A program made the translations under genes and the position numbers. The notes beneath the pieces are model-generated. The model ran no database searches. It was not told the DNA's origin and worked only from the letters and a program-made list of their open reading frames with translations. 64,000 nt of DNA from a bacterium (GTDB lineage Bacteria > Patescibacteriota > Microgenomatia > Woykebacterales > RBG-16-39-9b): NCBI GenBank assembly GCA_030704665.1, contig JAUYID010000009.1:160454-224453 (forward strand), given 5' to 3'. Numbering within the stretch: the stretch's first letter is position 1; every line of letters starts with the position of its first letter. Positions 21,521 through 31,600 of this stretch are shown one piece after another.

Positions 21521-22783
21521 ATGCCAAGAACTGCAAAAGAAAAAACTGATACCAAGGTTTCTTCGGATGAAAAAGTCCTTGAGGAAACTCCACAAGAAAT
21601 AGCAACACCAGAGACTCCGAAAGGGAGTGACTTTGACTACGAAACTCGCGATAGTTTTGATAGTTTGGCTGCCCCAAGTACACGCGGAAAAGGTGTGCTC
21701 GAAATGATGCCGGAAGGTTACGGCTTTTTGCGGGCCAACGGTCTGACTGCCGGTAACGGAGACATCTATATTTCCCAATCCCAAATTCGTCGTTTTGATA
21801 TTCGAGCTGGAGACAGTGTTGAAGGGTTGGTTCGTCCTCCCAAAGACACCGAGCGTTATTTTGGTATGCTCAAAGTTGAGAAGATCAATGATGTCAGCCC
21901 AGATCAGGCGATGAAAAGACCAAAGTTTGAAAACTTAACCGCCGTTTATCCTGACAAACAACTCAAGCTTGAAACCGGTAAACTACCCCTTTCGACCAGA
22001 ATGATTGACCTGCTTGCGCCGATTGGTTTCGGACAGAGAGGTATGATCGTCTCCCCACCCAAAGCAGGTAAGACCACGATTCTTAAAGACATCGCTCACG
22101 GTGTTGCCACCAACTACCCTAAAGCGCATTTAATGGCCGTCCTGATCGGTGAGAGACCTGAAGAGGTGACCGACATTACCCGCAACGTCAAAGGTGAAGT
22201 CCTTTCCTCAAACTTTGATGAGCCGGCTGAAGCCCAAACCAGGGTTGCAGAAGTTGGTTTGGAAAGAGCCAAGCGCCTAGTTGAAAAAGGGGAGGACGTC
22301 ATCATTCTTTTGGACAGTATTACTAGACTGGGACGTGCCTACAACTTAGCCTTACCACCTTCAGGAAGAACCCTTTCCGGAGGTTTCGACCCAATCGCTC
22401 TTTACCCACCCAAGAAATTCTTTGGGGCCGCCCGAAATTTTGAAAAAGGTGGCTCGTTAACAATTCTGGCAACTGCCTTGGTAGACACCGGAAGCAGAAT
22501 GGATGATCTCATTTACGAAGAATTCAAAGGAACAGGAAACATGGAGCTCCATCTCGACCGCTCGCTGGCGGAAAGAAGAATCTTCCCCGCTATTGATGCG
22601 TCGAGATCTGGTACCAGAAACGAAGAGCTACTTCTTGGTGAGAAGGATCTTCAACAAGTTTGGCGCTTGCACCGCATGTTGGAAGCTCTGAACGAGCTGG
22701 AAAGAACCGAACTTCTCATTGAAAGACTTTCAAAATCAGGAAGTAACGAAGAATTCCTCGCTTCCCTTCATAAGGGCGACTAA
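21521..22783 (+). CDS. rho: Transcription termination factor Rho
   Basis: Rho N-terminal RNA-binding domain (GYGFLR). RecA-like ATPase with Walker [17 protein letters not shown] loops. 420 aa. Confidence 0.85.
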   Translation: MPRTAKEKTDTKVSSDEKVLEETPQEIATPETPKGSDFDYETRDSFDSLAAPSTRGKGVLEMMPEGYGFLRANGLTAGNGDIYISQSQIRRFDIRAGDSVEGLVRPPKDTERYFGMLKVEKINDVSPDQAMKRPKFENLTAVYPDKQLKLETGKLPLSTRMIDLLAPIGFGQRGMIVSPPKAGKTTILKDIAHGVATNYPKAHLMAVLIGERPEEVTDITRNVKGEVLSSNFDEPAEAQTRVAEVGLERAKRLVEKGEDVIILLDSITRLGRAYNLALPPSGRTLSGGFDPIALYPPKKFFGAARNFEKGGSLTILATALVDTGSRMDDLIYEEFKGTGNMELHLDRSLAERRIFPAIDASRSGTRNEELLLGEKDLQQVWRLHRMLEALNELERTELLIERLSKSGSNEEFLASLHKGD

Positions 22784-23043
22784 ATTTACCCAATATTAAC
22801 TAAATATTTTGTTGCAACAACCAATTGAACTATGGTTAGCAGACTAGTCCAGAGAGTGGTAAGTTAAATTGGCCAAGACTTGCTAGTCTATGTTAGAATA
22901 AAAGTTGTTAAAAAGTTAGTCGTTTGAGCCACTGCCTGGCAAGCAAAGGCAACTATTTAACGGAGGGCACCCAGCGCTTTGTTGGTCAGTCTAGACAGTT
23001 TAGACATTTAGGATTGGTTGACAAAGTGCTGGGTATTTTTTCG

Positions 23044-24270
23044 ATGGAACAACCCATCAAAGAGGACAGCAGCGACAATCTTTACAGCTACAATATCACT
23101 TCAAGTTTCCTAGATCTCGCTTCTTACAGTGAAGAGGGCTACGCAGTCAAAGAAAGAAAAGGTCTGCTCTTTCAGACTAGACTGGTTCTTCAGGTGCTCT
23201 TAGGTTGGCTAGGGTCCCTAGTCTTGGTGAGCTGGGACAGCCTGAGATTTCTTTTTGCTTACGCTTTCTTCATACAAAAGAAAGCAGTTGCCCTGGTTCA
23301 TTTTCTTGATCTCTCAAAGGATCAGGCGGTTCATTTTATGATGTGGCGCCGCGGAGTTCTTTTTCGACCCGCCACCCACGGTGGGTTTTTGGCTCTTGGG
23401 GCGCTGGCGATTCTCGTTGGAGGGATTTTTTCTAAAGTTGAAATTGCGGCACAAGATTTAACTGCTTCTGAAAACCTAGTTTCAGCCCCCAACACCCCGG
23501 AGACGATTATTCCTCTGGGGCGACCACGCTCCGAGATCGTAAAGTATCAAGTAAAAAATGGTGACACTATTTCCTCAGTCGCCAAAAAATTCTCAGTTTC
23601 GGCTGACAGTATCAAGTGGGCCACCAGCTTAAAGGCAGACAAAATCAAACCAGGAGAAACCCTGAAAGTACCTCCGGTGACAGGAGTAGTCTATAAAGTT
23701 GCCGCCGGCGATACTCTAGCTAGTGTGGCAGCCAAATACTCAGCTGATAAACAAACGATTGCCGACTACCCGTTCAACTATATCGACGCAACTCTGCAGT
23801 TAAAGTTGGGACAAACCCTGGTAGTTCCCAACGGCAGTATTCCTGAGCCCAAACCGGCGCTTGCCACTCCGGCTCGATCCTATCTTCCAAATCTGGTAGC
23901 CCACGGTAGCGGTGCTTTGGCATGGCCAGTCCGCGGCTGTCAAATCAGTCAGTATGCTTCCTGGTTCCACCCTGCCATTGACATCGCTTGTCCTTATGGG
24001 ACTGCCGTTTACGCAGCCGATTCCGGCCGGGTCATTGTTGCTAAAAAACTCGCTTACGATTTTGGTTGGCACGTTGTCATTGATCACGGCAACGGGATGA
24101 CCTCACTCTATGCCCACATGTCAGCTCTTTACCCGAGGGTCGGGGATAATATCGGCCGCGGGCAATTGGTTGGGGCAGTTGGAACTAGTGGACGAGCGAC
24201 TGGTCCTCACCTGCACTTCCAGGTTACAAGAGCAAGCAGCAGTCTCAACCCAATGTCGTTGCTGCCTTAA
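23044..24270 (+). CDS. Membrane-anchored M23 family peptidase with two LysM domains. Start uncertain; the ORF extends up to 22924.
   Basis: TM segment. LysM repeats YQVKNGDTISSVAKKF and YKVAAGDTLASVAAKY. M23 motifs HPAIDIA...GWHVVIDHGNGMTSLYAHMS. Confidence 0.7.
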   Translation: MEQPIKEDSSDNLYSYNITSSFLDLASYSEEGYAVKERKGLLFQTRLVLQVLLGWLGSLVLVSWDSLRFLFAYAFFIQKKAVALVHFLDLSKDQAVHFMMWRRGVLFRPATHGGFLALGALAILVGGIFSKVEIAAQDLTASENLVSAPNTPETIIPLGRPRSEIVKYQVKNGDTISSVAKKFSVSADSIKWATSLKADKIKPGETLKVPPVTGVVYKVAAGDTLASVAAKYSADKQTIADYPFNYIDATLQLKLGQTLVVPNGSIPEPKPALATPARSYLPNLVAHGSGALAWPVRGCQISQYASWFHPAIDIACPYGTAVYAADSGRVIVAKKLAYDFGWHVVIDHGNGMTSLYAHMSALYPRVGDNIGRGQLVGAVGTSGRATGPHLHFQVTRASSSLNPMSLLP

Positions 24271-24311
24271 ACCATCTTTAACCTTTCCCAAAATTCCTTT
24301 AAGCTTAAGCA

Positions 24312-25319
24312 ATGATTGATAGCGTTCAAATAAGTCTAAAAGCCGGTCGAGGAGGAAACGGTCAAGTTTCCTTCAATCGCATGACTGGCAAGACTTACGG
24401 GCCTCCTGATGGGGGCAACGGCGGTAAAGGGGCAGACCTTTACTTGGAAGCAACTTCTGATTTAAATACCCTTTTACCGTTTCGTTTCAGTAAAGTTTTT
24501 GAAGCAGAAAATGGAGAAAACGGTGGTAAAAACAACAGACAAGGCGCTGCCGGCTCTGACCGGGTTCTAAAAGTTCCGGTTGGGACTATCCTCAAATCAA
24601 TCAAAGGCGAGAAGCTTTTTGATTTGGAAGTCGAAGGTAAGAAGGTTTTAGTTGTCCAAGGAGGTAAAGGAGGGCGGGGCAACGCTCACTTGCCTCACTC
24701 ACAGCTTTCTGATCCCAGGCCAGGGAAAAAATGGGACTATCTAAAAACGGCTGAGAAGGGTGCTGCCGGGGAAGTGATCGAACTAAACTTAGAGCTGCAG
24801 GTATTGGCCGACGTTGGTTTAATTGGTTTGCCCAACGTGGGCAAGTCAACCTTGCTGTCAAGGTTAACTGCTGCCAAACCAAAGATCGCTGATTATCCCT
24901 TTACCACCCTAGAACCGAATCTCGGCGTGATGAACTACGGAAGGGGAAACACACAGTCTTTGGTTCTCGCTGACATTCCAGGGCTGATTGAAGGGGCTTC
25001 AGAGGGGAAAGGCCTTGGAGATCAGTTTTTGCGTCACATTGAGAGAACTAAATTGCTGGTGCATGTTTTGGCTGTAAATGAAGCAGACTTACTTAAAAAC
25101 TACCAAACCATTCGAGAAGAACTAAAGGCCTATGATCCGACCGTTACTACCAAAAAAGAAATCGTCGTCCTCAACAAAGCCGACCTGGTTACACCAAAAG
25201 AAATGAATGAGAAGGTAAAACAACTGTCAAAATTAAAAATAAAGCCACTCGTGATTTCAGCTGCGGCTGAGATTGGTTTGGATGAGTTGAAAAAGAAAAT
25301 CGTCCAGGCCAGTAAATAA
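24312..25319 (+). CDS. obg: GTPase Obg/CgtA (short form without a TGS domain)
   Basis: Gly-rich Obg fold GRGGNGQVSF...GGNGGKGADL. G1 GLPNVGKST. G3 DIPGLIEGA. G4 NKAD. Confidence 0.85.
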   Translation: MIDSVQISLKAGRGGNGQVSFNRMTGKTYGPPDGGNGGKGADLYLEATSDLNTLLPFRFSKVFEAENGENGGKNNRQGAAGSDRVLKVPVGTILKSIKGEKLFDLEVEGKKVLVVQGGKGGRGNAHLPHSQLSDPRPGKKWDYLKTAEKGAAGEVIELNLELQVLADVGLIGLPNVGKSTLLSRLTAAKPKIADYPFTTLEPNLGVMNYGRGNTQSLVLADIPGLIEGASEGKGLGDQFLRHIERTKLLVHVLAVNEADLLKNYQTIREELKAYDPTVTTKKEIVVLNKADLVTPKEMNEKVKQLSKLKIKPLVISAAAEIGLDELKKKIVQASK

Positions 25320-25321
25320 GG

Positions 25322-26026
25322 TTAGATTTCTACACTTTGTCCGTCGTCGAGGACAATTACTTCGACTTTTTCTGGGGCTTGGTTAGCAAACTCATTTGGG
25401 TCCGCTTTCCAGGCCGAGTAATGAATCGGAACGATGCGTTTTGCACCTAGGGATTTTGTTAATTCCCAGGCCTGCGGAAAGCGAACTGTCGGCCCGGCAA
25501 TAGGAATAGCAGCACTTTCAATTTTTAGATCAGCAATTTTGATCCCGTCTCCCGGATCGAAAAAGATTCCGTTTATTACATAACCAGTGTTGGGTGGGCC
25601 GTCTCTACGCTCTGGTTCCAAGTCCATATGGAGCCCGCACTTTCCGTCTTCGGTGATTGTTTCTGTGGTGACTCTGTTATTACAACCACGGCACCAAAGA
25701 CCTTGAAAGTGGGCTAGGTCTATGGGTAAAATTTTGAAATTTTCCACCTCGAATTCGACCCGGTCTTGAACAGGGTTAACTTTTATCCCAGACTTTGCAG
25801 CTAGTTTTACTACCGCTGAGTTAGCATAAATAGGTAGTGAGGTAAAAGCCTTGAGGTGTTCGGCGTCGAAGTGATCTGGGTGTTCGTGAGTAATTAAAAC
25901 AGCATCAACTTTCCCCAGATCAGCAGCGGAAAATTTCTCAAAGGTATAGACTCCCGGATCAATCATCAGGTACTTACCATTTTCTTCGATTATTAAATTG
26001 GATTGGGGGAATTTAGTTATTTTCAT
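25322..26026 (-). CDS. MBL-fold metallo-hydrolase
   Basis: HEHPDHF motif. Start trimmed to the Met of MKITKF because the longer ORF would overlap the tRNA ending at 26032. Confidence 0.6.
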   Translation of the reverse strand: MKITKFPQSNLIIEENGKYLMIDPGVYTFEKFSAADLGKVDAVLITHEHPDHFDAEHLKAFTSLPIYANSAVVKLAAKSGIKVNPVQDRVEFEVENFKILPIDLAHFQGLWCRGCNNRVTTETITEDGKCGLHMDLEPERRDGPPNTGYVINGIFFDPGDGIKIADLKIESAAIPIAGPTVRFPQAWELTKSLGAKRIVPIHYSAWKADPNEFANQAPEKVEVIVLDDGQSVEI

Positions 26027-26031
26027 AGTTT

Positions 26032-26107
26032 TGGTGGACCGAGGGAGATTCGAACTCCCGGCCTTTGCAATGCGAATGCAACGCTCTACCAACTGAGCTA
26101 TCGGCCC
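26032..26107 (-). tRNA. tRNA-Ala (anticodon CGC)
   Basis: Reverse complement gives gggccgatagctcagttggtagagcg ttgca-ttCGCat-tgcaa ... ttcgaat ... tcggtcc-a-cca, with G3:U70. Confidence 0.8.
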
Positions 26108-26123
26108 CGGATGAAATTGTTAA

Positions 26124-26198
26124 TGGTGGACCGGAAGAGACTCGAACTCTCAACCCCCTCCATGCCATGGAGGTGCGCTACCATTGCGCCACCGGCCC
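26124..26198 (-). tRNA. tRNA-Ala (anticodon GGC)
   Basis: Reverse complement gives gggccggtggcgcaatggtagcgc a cctcc-atGGCat-ggagg ... ttcgagt ... ccggtcc-a-cca, with G3:U70. Confidence 0.75.
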
Positions 26199-26262
26199 AA
26201 AGGTTGGAAGCATTCTATCAAAATGTGGGATTGAACTCAAGCTAAAGAGCTATTTTTAACTT

Positions 26263-28485
26263 TTATTGTTTTGGAGCTGCTGATTTACTTGCTTCTTGCG
26301 CTTTCTTCTTGATCTCATCCAGCAGTTTTTGCGCTTCCTCTTTTTTCGGATAGCCGGTAGGTACCTGATTGCCGGGCAAAATTTCTAGGTAAGCACCCAA
26401 CTCGTTGACAGCCTGATTTAGACTGTCCACCCCACCTTTGGCGATGAAAGCTTGAGCTAGATCGTAGCGAGCTGGTAGATAGTCAGCTTTAGCTTGAGTG
26501 GCCGACTGCAAGAGTTTAATCGCATTTTCGTAATCCTTTTCAGAGTAATAGAGGGTTGCTAGCGACTGATAAAGCTGCGGGTTGAGCGGGTCGAGTTGAA
26601 TCGCGCGGATGTAAGTATTTTTGGCGTGAATGAGGGCATTGGCTCTTTGATCCCCACCAATATTGCTGTAGATCAAAGCTAAAGATTCCCAGTTGGCCAC
26701 GTTGAGGTTGCTGGTCCCAGGAACTTTCTTGATAGTGATCACACCCAGACCGCGAGTTTCATAGCCAGAGGCGATTTTACCCTCATTTTGTGCTTCACCA
26801 ATCAAACCGACCAGAGTGTTTTGCTCATCTTTGGTGAGTTTACCTCTTTGACTGATTGATTTGGCCAAAGAAAGGTCAGTCAACATCAGGGTGCGGTGGT
26901 AAAGGTCAAAGTAAGAGTTGCTACGGATAGAGGCGAGCAGGTTGTCACGAATGTTTTTCCCGTTGGCGGGTTTTTGATTGGCCTCGTTGACGGCGCGGCG
27001 GAAGTAAACTTCACCGGCATACACTCGGTAACCAACAAAAACCAAGGCCAAAAAGACAAAGATAGCCGGAATGAAGCTAACCAGAGCCAAACTGTTTTGT
27101 TTCGGTCGGCCGGCGGGCTCAACTTGAATGATACCGCCACTGCGCAGTGCTACTAGACGAAGGTCAACGTCATCAACTCCGGCGACACCAGCATCTCTCA
27201 ATAGGGAAAAGGCAGCAGCAGTGATCAAGAGAAAGACTAAGAAGGTCGCAATACCAGAGTTGAAGAAGACCAGACAAAGAGAGAAAACAACAATTGAGAC
27301 TGCCAAAAAGAGGCTCTCTGAGTTCTGCTTGAGGTTCGGAGAATTGAGAACATATTTGATTGTCGGTCTGACGGCGGCAAGGACGATCAGCGAAAAGGCA
27401 ATCAAACCAATGATACCCATCGTTGGGAGAATACCCAAATAGTCGCTTCCGGACTCATCAAAACGAATGTTCCAATTTGAAGTTGAGTTCATTTCAAATG
27501 GTTTGAAGGCGGTGAAATTAAAAAGATACGTCCCTGGTCCGGAGCCAAGAAGAGGTTTTTCGCCAGTTGCTCGAGCGGCAACTTTCCAACTATTAGCGAG
27601 AGGCAGAGTATTTTCTTTGACCAGCTCCAGACTGGCGGGCTTACCCTTTACCATAGGCTTCAAGAGAGTGTTTCGCAGCGATCCAGAAGCAAAGACTAGG
27701 GCGACAACAACGAAGATCGCGACCAGACCACCAGCTAGCCAACGATCAGTCGGCTCGAGAATGAGTTTTGGTGAGAGTACCAGAAAGGCGGCTCCGGCTA
27801 CAGCAAGGCCAATCCAACCCACTCCCATGTTGCTGAAGATAAAGGCAAGACTCATGAAAAAGATTGCCAAGGCGGCGGCGGCTTTCAGAAAGTAGTTTTT
27901 TTCTGAAAAAAGAAGCGAAAAAGCAATTGGCAGGCTTACAACTAAGTAAAGAACCAACTGATTGATACTTCCAATTGGAGTCCAGTTTCTTGCTTTGGTG
28001 TAGGCTTGGGGAAGAAGGTACTGACCAAAGAAAGAAGCCGTGCTCAGAAAACCAAGGACCAAACCACTGGCCACTACAGCCCAAAGCAGAAGACGGCGAG
28101 TTTCTTTGTCCAGGTTGGAGACGGCAACGAAGTAAAGCAAGCTGTAAGAAAGAATCGAGAGAAAGGAGAAGTGGAACCTCGGGTACCAACCGGCAAGAGA
28201 AATGACCTGATCAACACTAAAAACAGTCGAGAGTAAACTAACAGCCAGGAAAATTAAGATAGGTATATCCAGCGCCGTGCGCACCACCCGGACCCGACCT
28301 TCAAGGAGCATTTTTCCAGTCCAGAGAAGAGTCAGGATGGATGCCGAGCCAACGAGAAGAATATATTTGTTGAAGTTGAAGGCCTCACTGGTAAAAGTTA
28401 AAAAGAAAAGCGGAGTGATAAAGGCCAAAGCAACTAGGTAATAACGAATAATAAGATTTAGGGTTTGTGTGTAAGCTTCTTTCAT
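26263..28485 (-). CDS. Polytopic membrane protein of the O-antigen ligase/Wzy_C-like family with C-terminal TPR repeats
   Basis: About 12 predicted TM helices in the first 500 aa, a long external loop, and C-terminal TPR-like repeats (YQSLATLYYSEKDYENAIKLLQSA...). Confidence 0.5.
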   Translation of the reverse strand: MKEAYTQTLNLIIRYYLVALAFITPLFFLTFTSEAFNFNKYILLVGSASILTLLWTGKMLLEGRVRVVRTALDIPILIFLAVSLLSTVFSVDQVISLAGWYPRFHFSFLSILSYSLLYFVAVSNLDKETRRLLLWAVVASGLVLGFLSTASFFGQYLLPQAYTKARNWTPIGSINQLVLYLVVSLPIAFSLLFSEKNYFLKAAAALAIFFMSLAFIFSNMGVGWIGLAVAGAAFLVLSPKLILEPTDRWLAGGLVAIFVVVALVFASGSLRNTLLKPMVKGKPASLELVKENTLPLANSWKVAARATGEKPLLGSGPGTYLFNFTAFKPFEMNSTSNWNIRFDESGSDYLGILPTMGIIGLIAFSLIVLAAVRPTIKYVLNSPNLKQNSESLFLAVSIVVFSLCLVFFNSGIATFLVFLLITAAAFSLLRDAGVAGVDDVDLRLVALRSGGIIQVEPAGRPKQNSLALVSFIPAIFVFLALVFVGYRVYAGEVYFRRAVNEANQKPANGKNIRDNLLASIRSNSYFDLYHRTLMLTDLSLAKSISQRGKLTKDEQNTLVGLIGEAQNEGKIASGYETRGLGVITIKKVPGTSNLNVANWESLALIYSNIGGDQRANALIHAKNTYIRAIQLDPLNPQLYQSLATLYYSEKDYENAIKLLQSATQAKADYLPARYDLAQAFIAKGGVDSLNQAVNELGAYLEILPGNQVPTGYPKKEEAQKLLDEIKKKAQEASKSAAPKQ

Positions 28486-28673
28486 GGCGCTAAAAAACCC
28501 AGGCTAGTGGCAAATAAGCTTGGGCAATAATACCTTTCTCTTGCTTAAGTTAAGAGAGTGCAAGCAAGGTGCACTTAGTCTAGATTCTTCTGAAATTATT
28601 GTCAATTCCTTTTTTGTCACCTTTAGCAGCAAAGGTGACACCAAACTGCCGGCCGAGAGACTCCGCCTAGAAT

Positions 28674-31600
28674 CTACTCCTCCTGATCAACTAAGAGCCA
28701 GTTAAATTCAACCGCCTTTGGCGCTGTCACTGGCGCGTTACTTTCAAGACTACTGTCAAGACCAACAGTGAAAGACTCTCCTTCTTTGACTTCCTTTATA
28801 TATAGACTCAGACCCGCAGTTTTTGTTTTTGGGGTCAGATAAATTAACGATTCAGACTTTACCTTTGGAGTTTGGATCGTCACCTCTTCCTGACCAGCTT
28901 CAAAGCTAGCAGTCCCGGCGATTTGGGCAGTTTTTTTGATTGTTAATCTCTCGCCAATGACCAGCTCTTGAACTCGAACAAAAGTTGCTTGAACAGAGCT
29001 AAAGATAGCCTCACCAAGATCAGAAATCGAAGCAACAACTTCTCCAAAAGCGTTCTTAACTTTAAATTGACTTTGAGCTGAAAGTGAGGCAACTAAGTTC
29101 TTTTCTTCATCAAGACTTAGTTTTGCTAGGGCTGAATCATCCAAAGCCAAGGTGCTGACATCAGTTGGATTCGAAGACCCAGTTTCTTGGTTTTGGGTTT
29201 CGCCTTCGGCGACAGTTGTCAAAAGATCAGAATTTTCTGGTTGGGTGATACTGTCGTCCTGCCAGACGCGGAAATAGTCAACATCAAGATTAGCTGTTCC
29301 GGCGGCGGTCGTTACCGACATCAAAAACATTGACATGGCCGTGTTACCCATAGCTGAAGTAGTTGAAGTCACAGTTCCACAACTAGTCTCGACAATTCCG
29401 TTGGTGACATCATTGTCGACAAAAAACTGAATTTCCGGTGAGGTTGTCGAAGTTGCTTTACGAAACTCAATTCTTAAATAAGAAAAGTTGGTCGTTCCGA
29501 AACCAGTGGTTGGACAGGTGACGACGTTGGCAGCGTTGGTCCCATCCTGGACGACCCCGTACCAGCCAGTGGTGTTGCAAGTCGGAGTGGTTGGGGCTGA
29601 ACAAGTAGAGAAGTAAACTCCTTTGTCCCCGACAACAGGAGCGTTTTTCGCAGTTGCAATGTTGCTGATACCAGCATAGTAGCGGGTTGTAGTCGCACTA
29701 ACATTGGTTCTCACTTTCATGACAACTTGGGGGAAATTGCCGGTATTAAAGATATTGTTGTTGGTGTTGTTGGCATTGGTTCCGATGGACTCGAGACAGG
29801 CGACCCCAGTGCCCGTGTTGTAGCTGGAAGCAATCCGCTCAAAACCGTTGGTTGCGTTGTTGGAGGAGTAAGTACAGGTATTACTAGCATTGGAAGTACC
29901 GGCAATAGAGTTGGTGGTGATTTCACCGGTTTGGGCAGTACAGGAAGTAGCTGGGTTGCCGTATTCACCGCGGGCCTGTTGGTGGCTGGTAGCAGTAAAG
30001 CTAGAGTCCGCACAGTTACCACCGCGAAAACTATTGAATTCTTCGGCGAAGTAGGATTGTTTGCTGACAAAGGCGTCAGCCAAGACCAGGGAGCCAAACT
30101 GGGTGCTGTTGCCGGTCAAGTCACGAATTTGGAGAAGGTTGGTAGAGGCAGCATTATTTAGTGTCAGAGAAGTGACAGAGTTGGCCCCTGCCGTATTGAT
30201 AGTAAAGACAGAGGCAGCTTTGTTAAGTCGAATATCAGCTCCGCTTCCGCTGTTTGCAATACTCAGGACCGCACCAGTTGCACTAGGGTAGGCCTGATTT
30301 AAAGAAAGAATGTTGGCCGAATCGGTGACTGCACTTCCAAAACCGGTCCAACTACTTGTGAAAGAAGCAACTGCTCCGGTGATATTTAAAGCGGTACCAT
30401 CATTAATAGTTGTTCTAGAAAGAGACAGTAGGTTCCCACTTCTGGTGCTAGTTCCGGTATCCGAGAAGACCGCTTCCTCAACATTAACCAAATTCCCACT
30501 GATCGTGGCCCCACTCCAATTAAGGAAGTTAGGGTTGAGTTGAATATCCAAAAGTCTACCACTGCTTAGAGTGTTTTCAGCGGTAATCTGAACAGCTTTC
30601 CCCTCGGTCAGGGCACCTGCAGAAGTAACAAAGCCAGTACCACTGGTAAGCGCATCGACTGAGGCGGTGATAGCGGTTGCAGTTTGGACTCCACTGAAAA
30701 GAGAAATAGTTGAAGAAGCGTTGGTGTTGCCGATGTTGATCAGACTTATCCCCGGAGAGTCGTTGTTGTAGCCAATATTTATTTGCTTGTTGGAAGTTCC
30801 GGCACCAAGATCAATTTTTGAGGTAGCCGCAGCACCAGTAGGTACCTCTAGACTAATTGTGTGGACGTTGCCACCAAGATCTTCTAAAGTGGAGATACTA
30901 AAGTAGGTATTACTACCGTTTTTAATAGTCAGAGCGTTGCTCGTGCTGTTGGCCAAAGCAAGGTTGCTCGCCCCAACGAAGTTGATGGCGTTGTCCCAAC
31001 CGGCACCAATATTGATTGCATTTTCGGTCGCTTGGGCATCGGCAGTAATACCGGCAATATCGATACCATTGAAAGTGTTGCTTGAGCCAGTGTGGTCAGC
31101 GTTGGTGTAGTTGAGATAAAGACCGCGGAAAGTATCTGACCCGTCAAAGGCAGCTAAAGAGCCGGAAAGGGTCAAAACATCAGCCCCGTTGCCAGCCGTG
31201 TTGACGCCGTTGTAAGTCCCGGTAGTGAAAGTCGAAACACCAGCTGAAGTAATTCTTGTAATAGCACTGAGCAAAAGGTTCCCACTAGTCAAATCAATAT
31301 TGCCCCCGGTTTCGTTGAGGATAGAGTCCCCAATGTGACTGCCGTCAGGAGTAAATTTGGCAATTCTACCGTCAGTTCCGCTTCCGCCAATGATTCCACC
31401 TGAGCCTGCACAGTTGCCCAAGGTTAGTAAGCAAATTGAGTCTGAAGCAGCACTTGAGACGGGAATAATCACTGTTTTGTCCGCTCCTGGGTCAGCGGCA
31501 GTCAGTTCAATTTCAAAACTGTCTGCAGTTGCGCCTTCAAAGAAGAGACTGTTGCCATCGCCACCAGCGGTAGCGGTGAAGGCGGCTCCAGAAGCGATAT

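Noticed and set aside
25322-26092. Longer version of the MBL hydrolase ORF
   Set aside because: Its first 22 codons would overlap the tRNA-Ala(CGC) gene. The start was trimmed to the Met at 26026.
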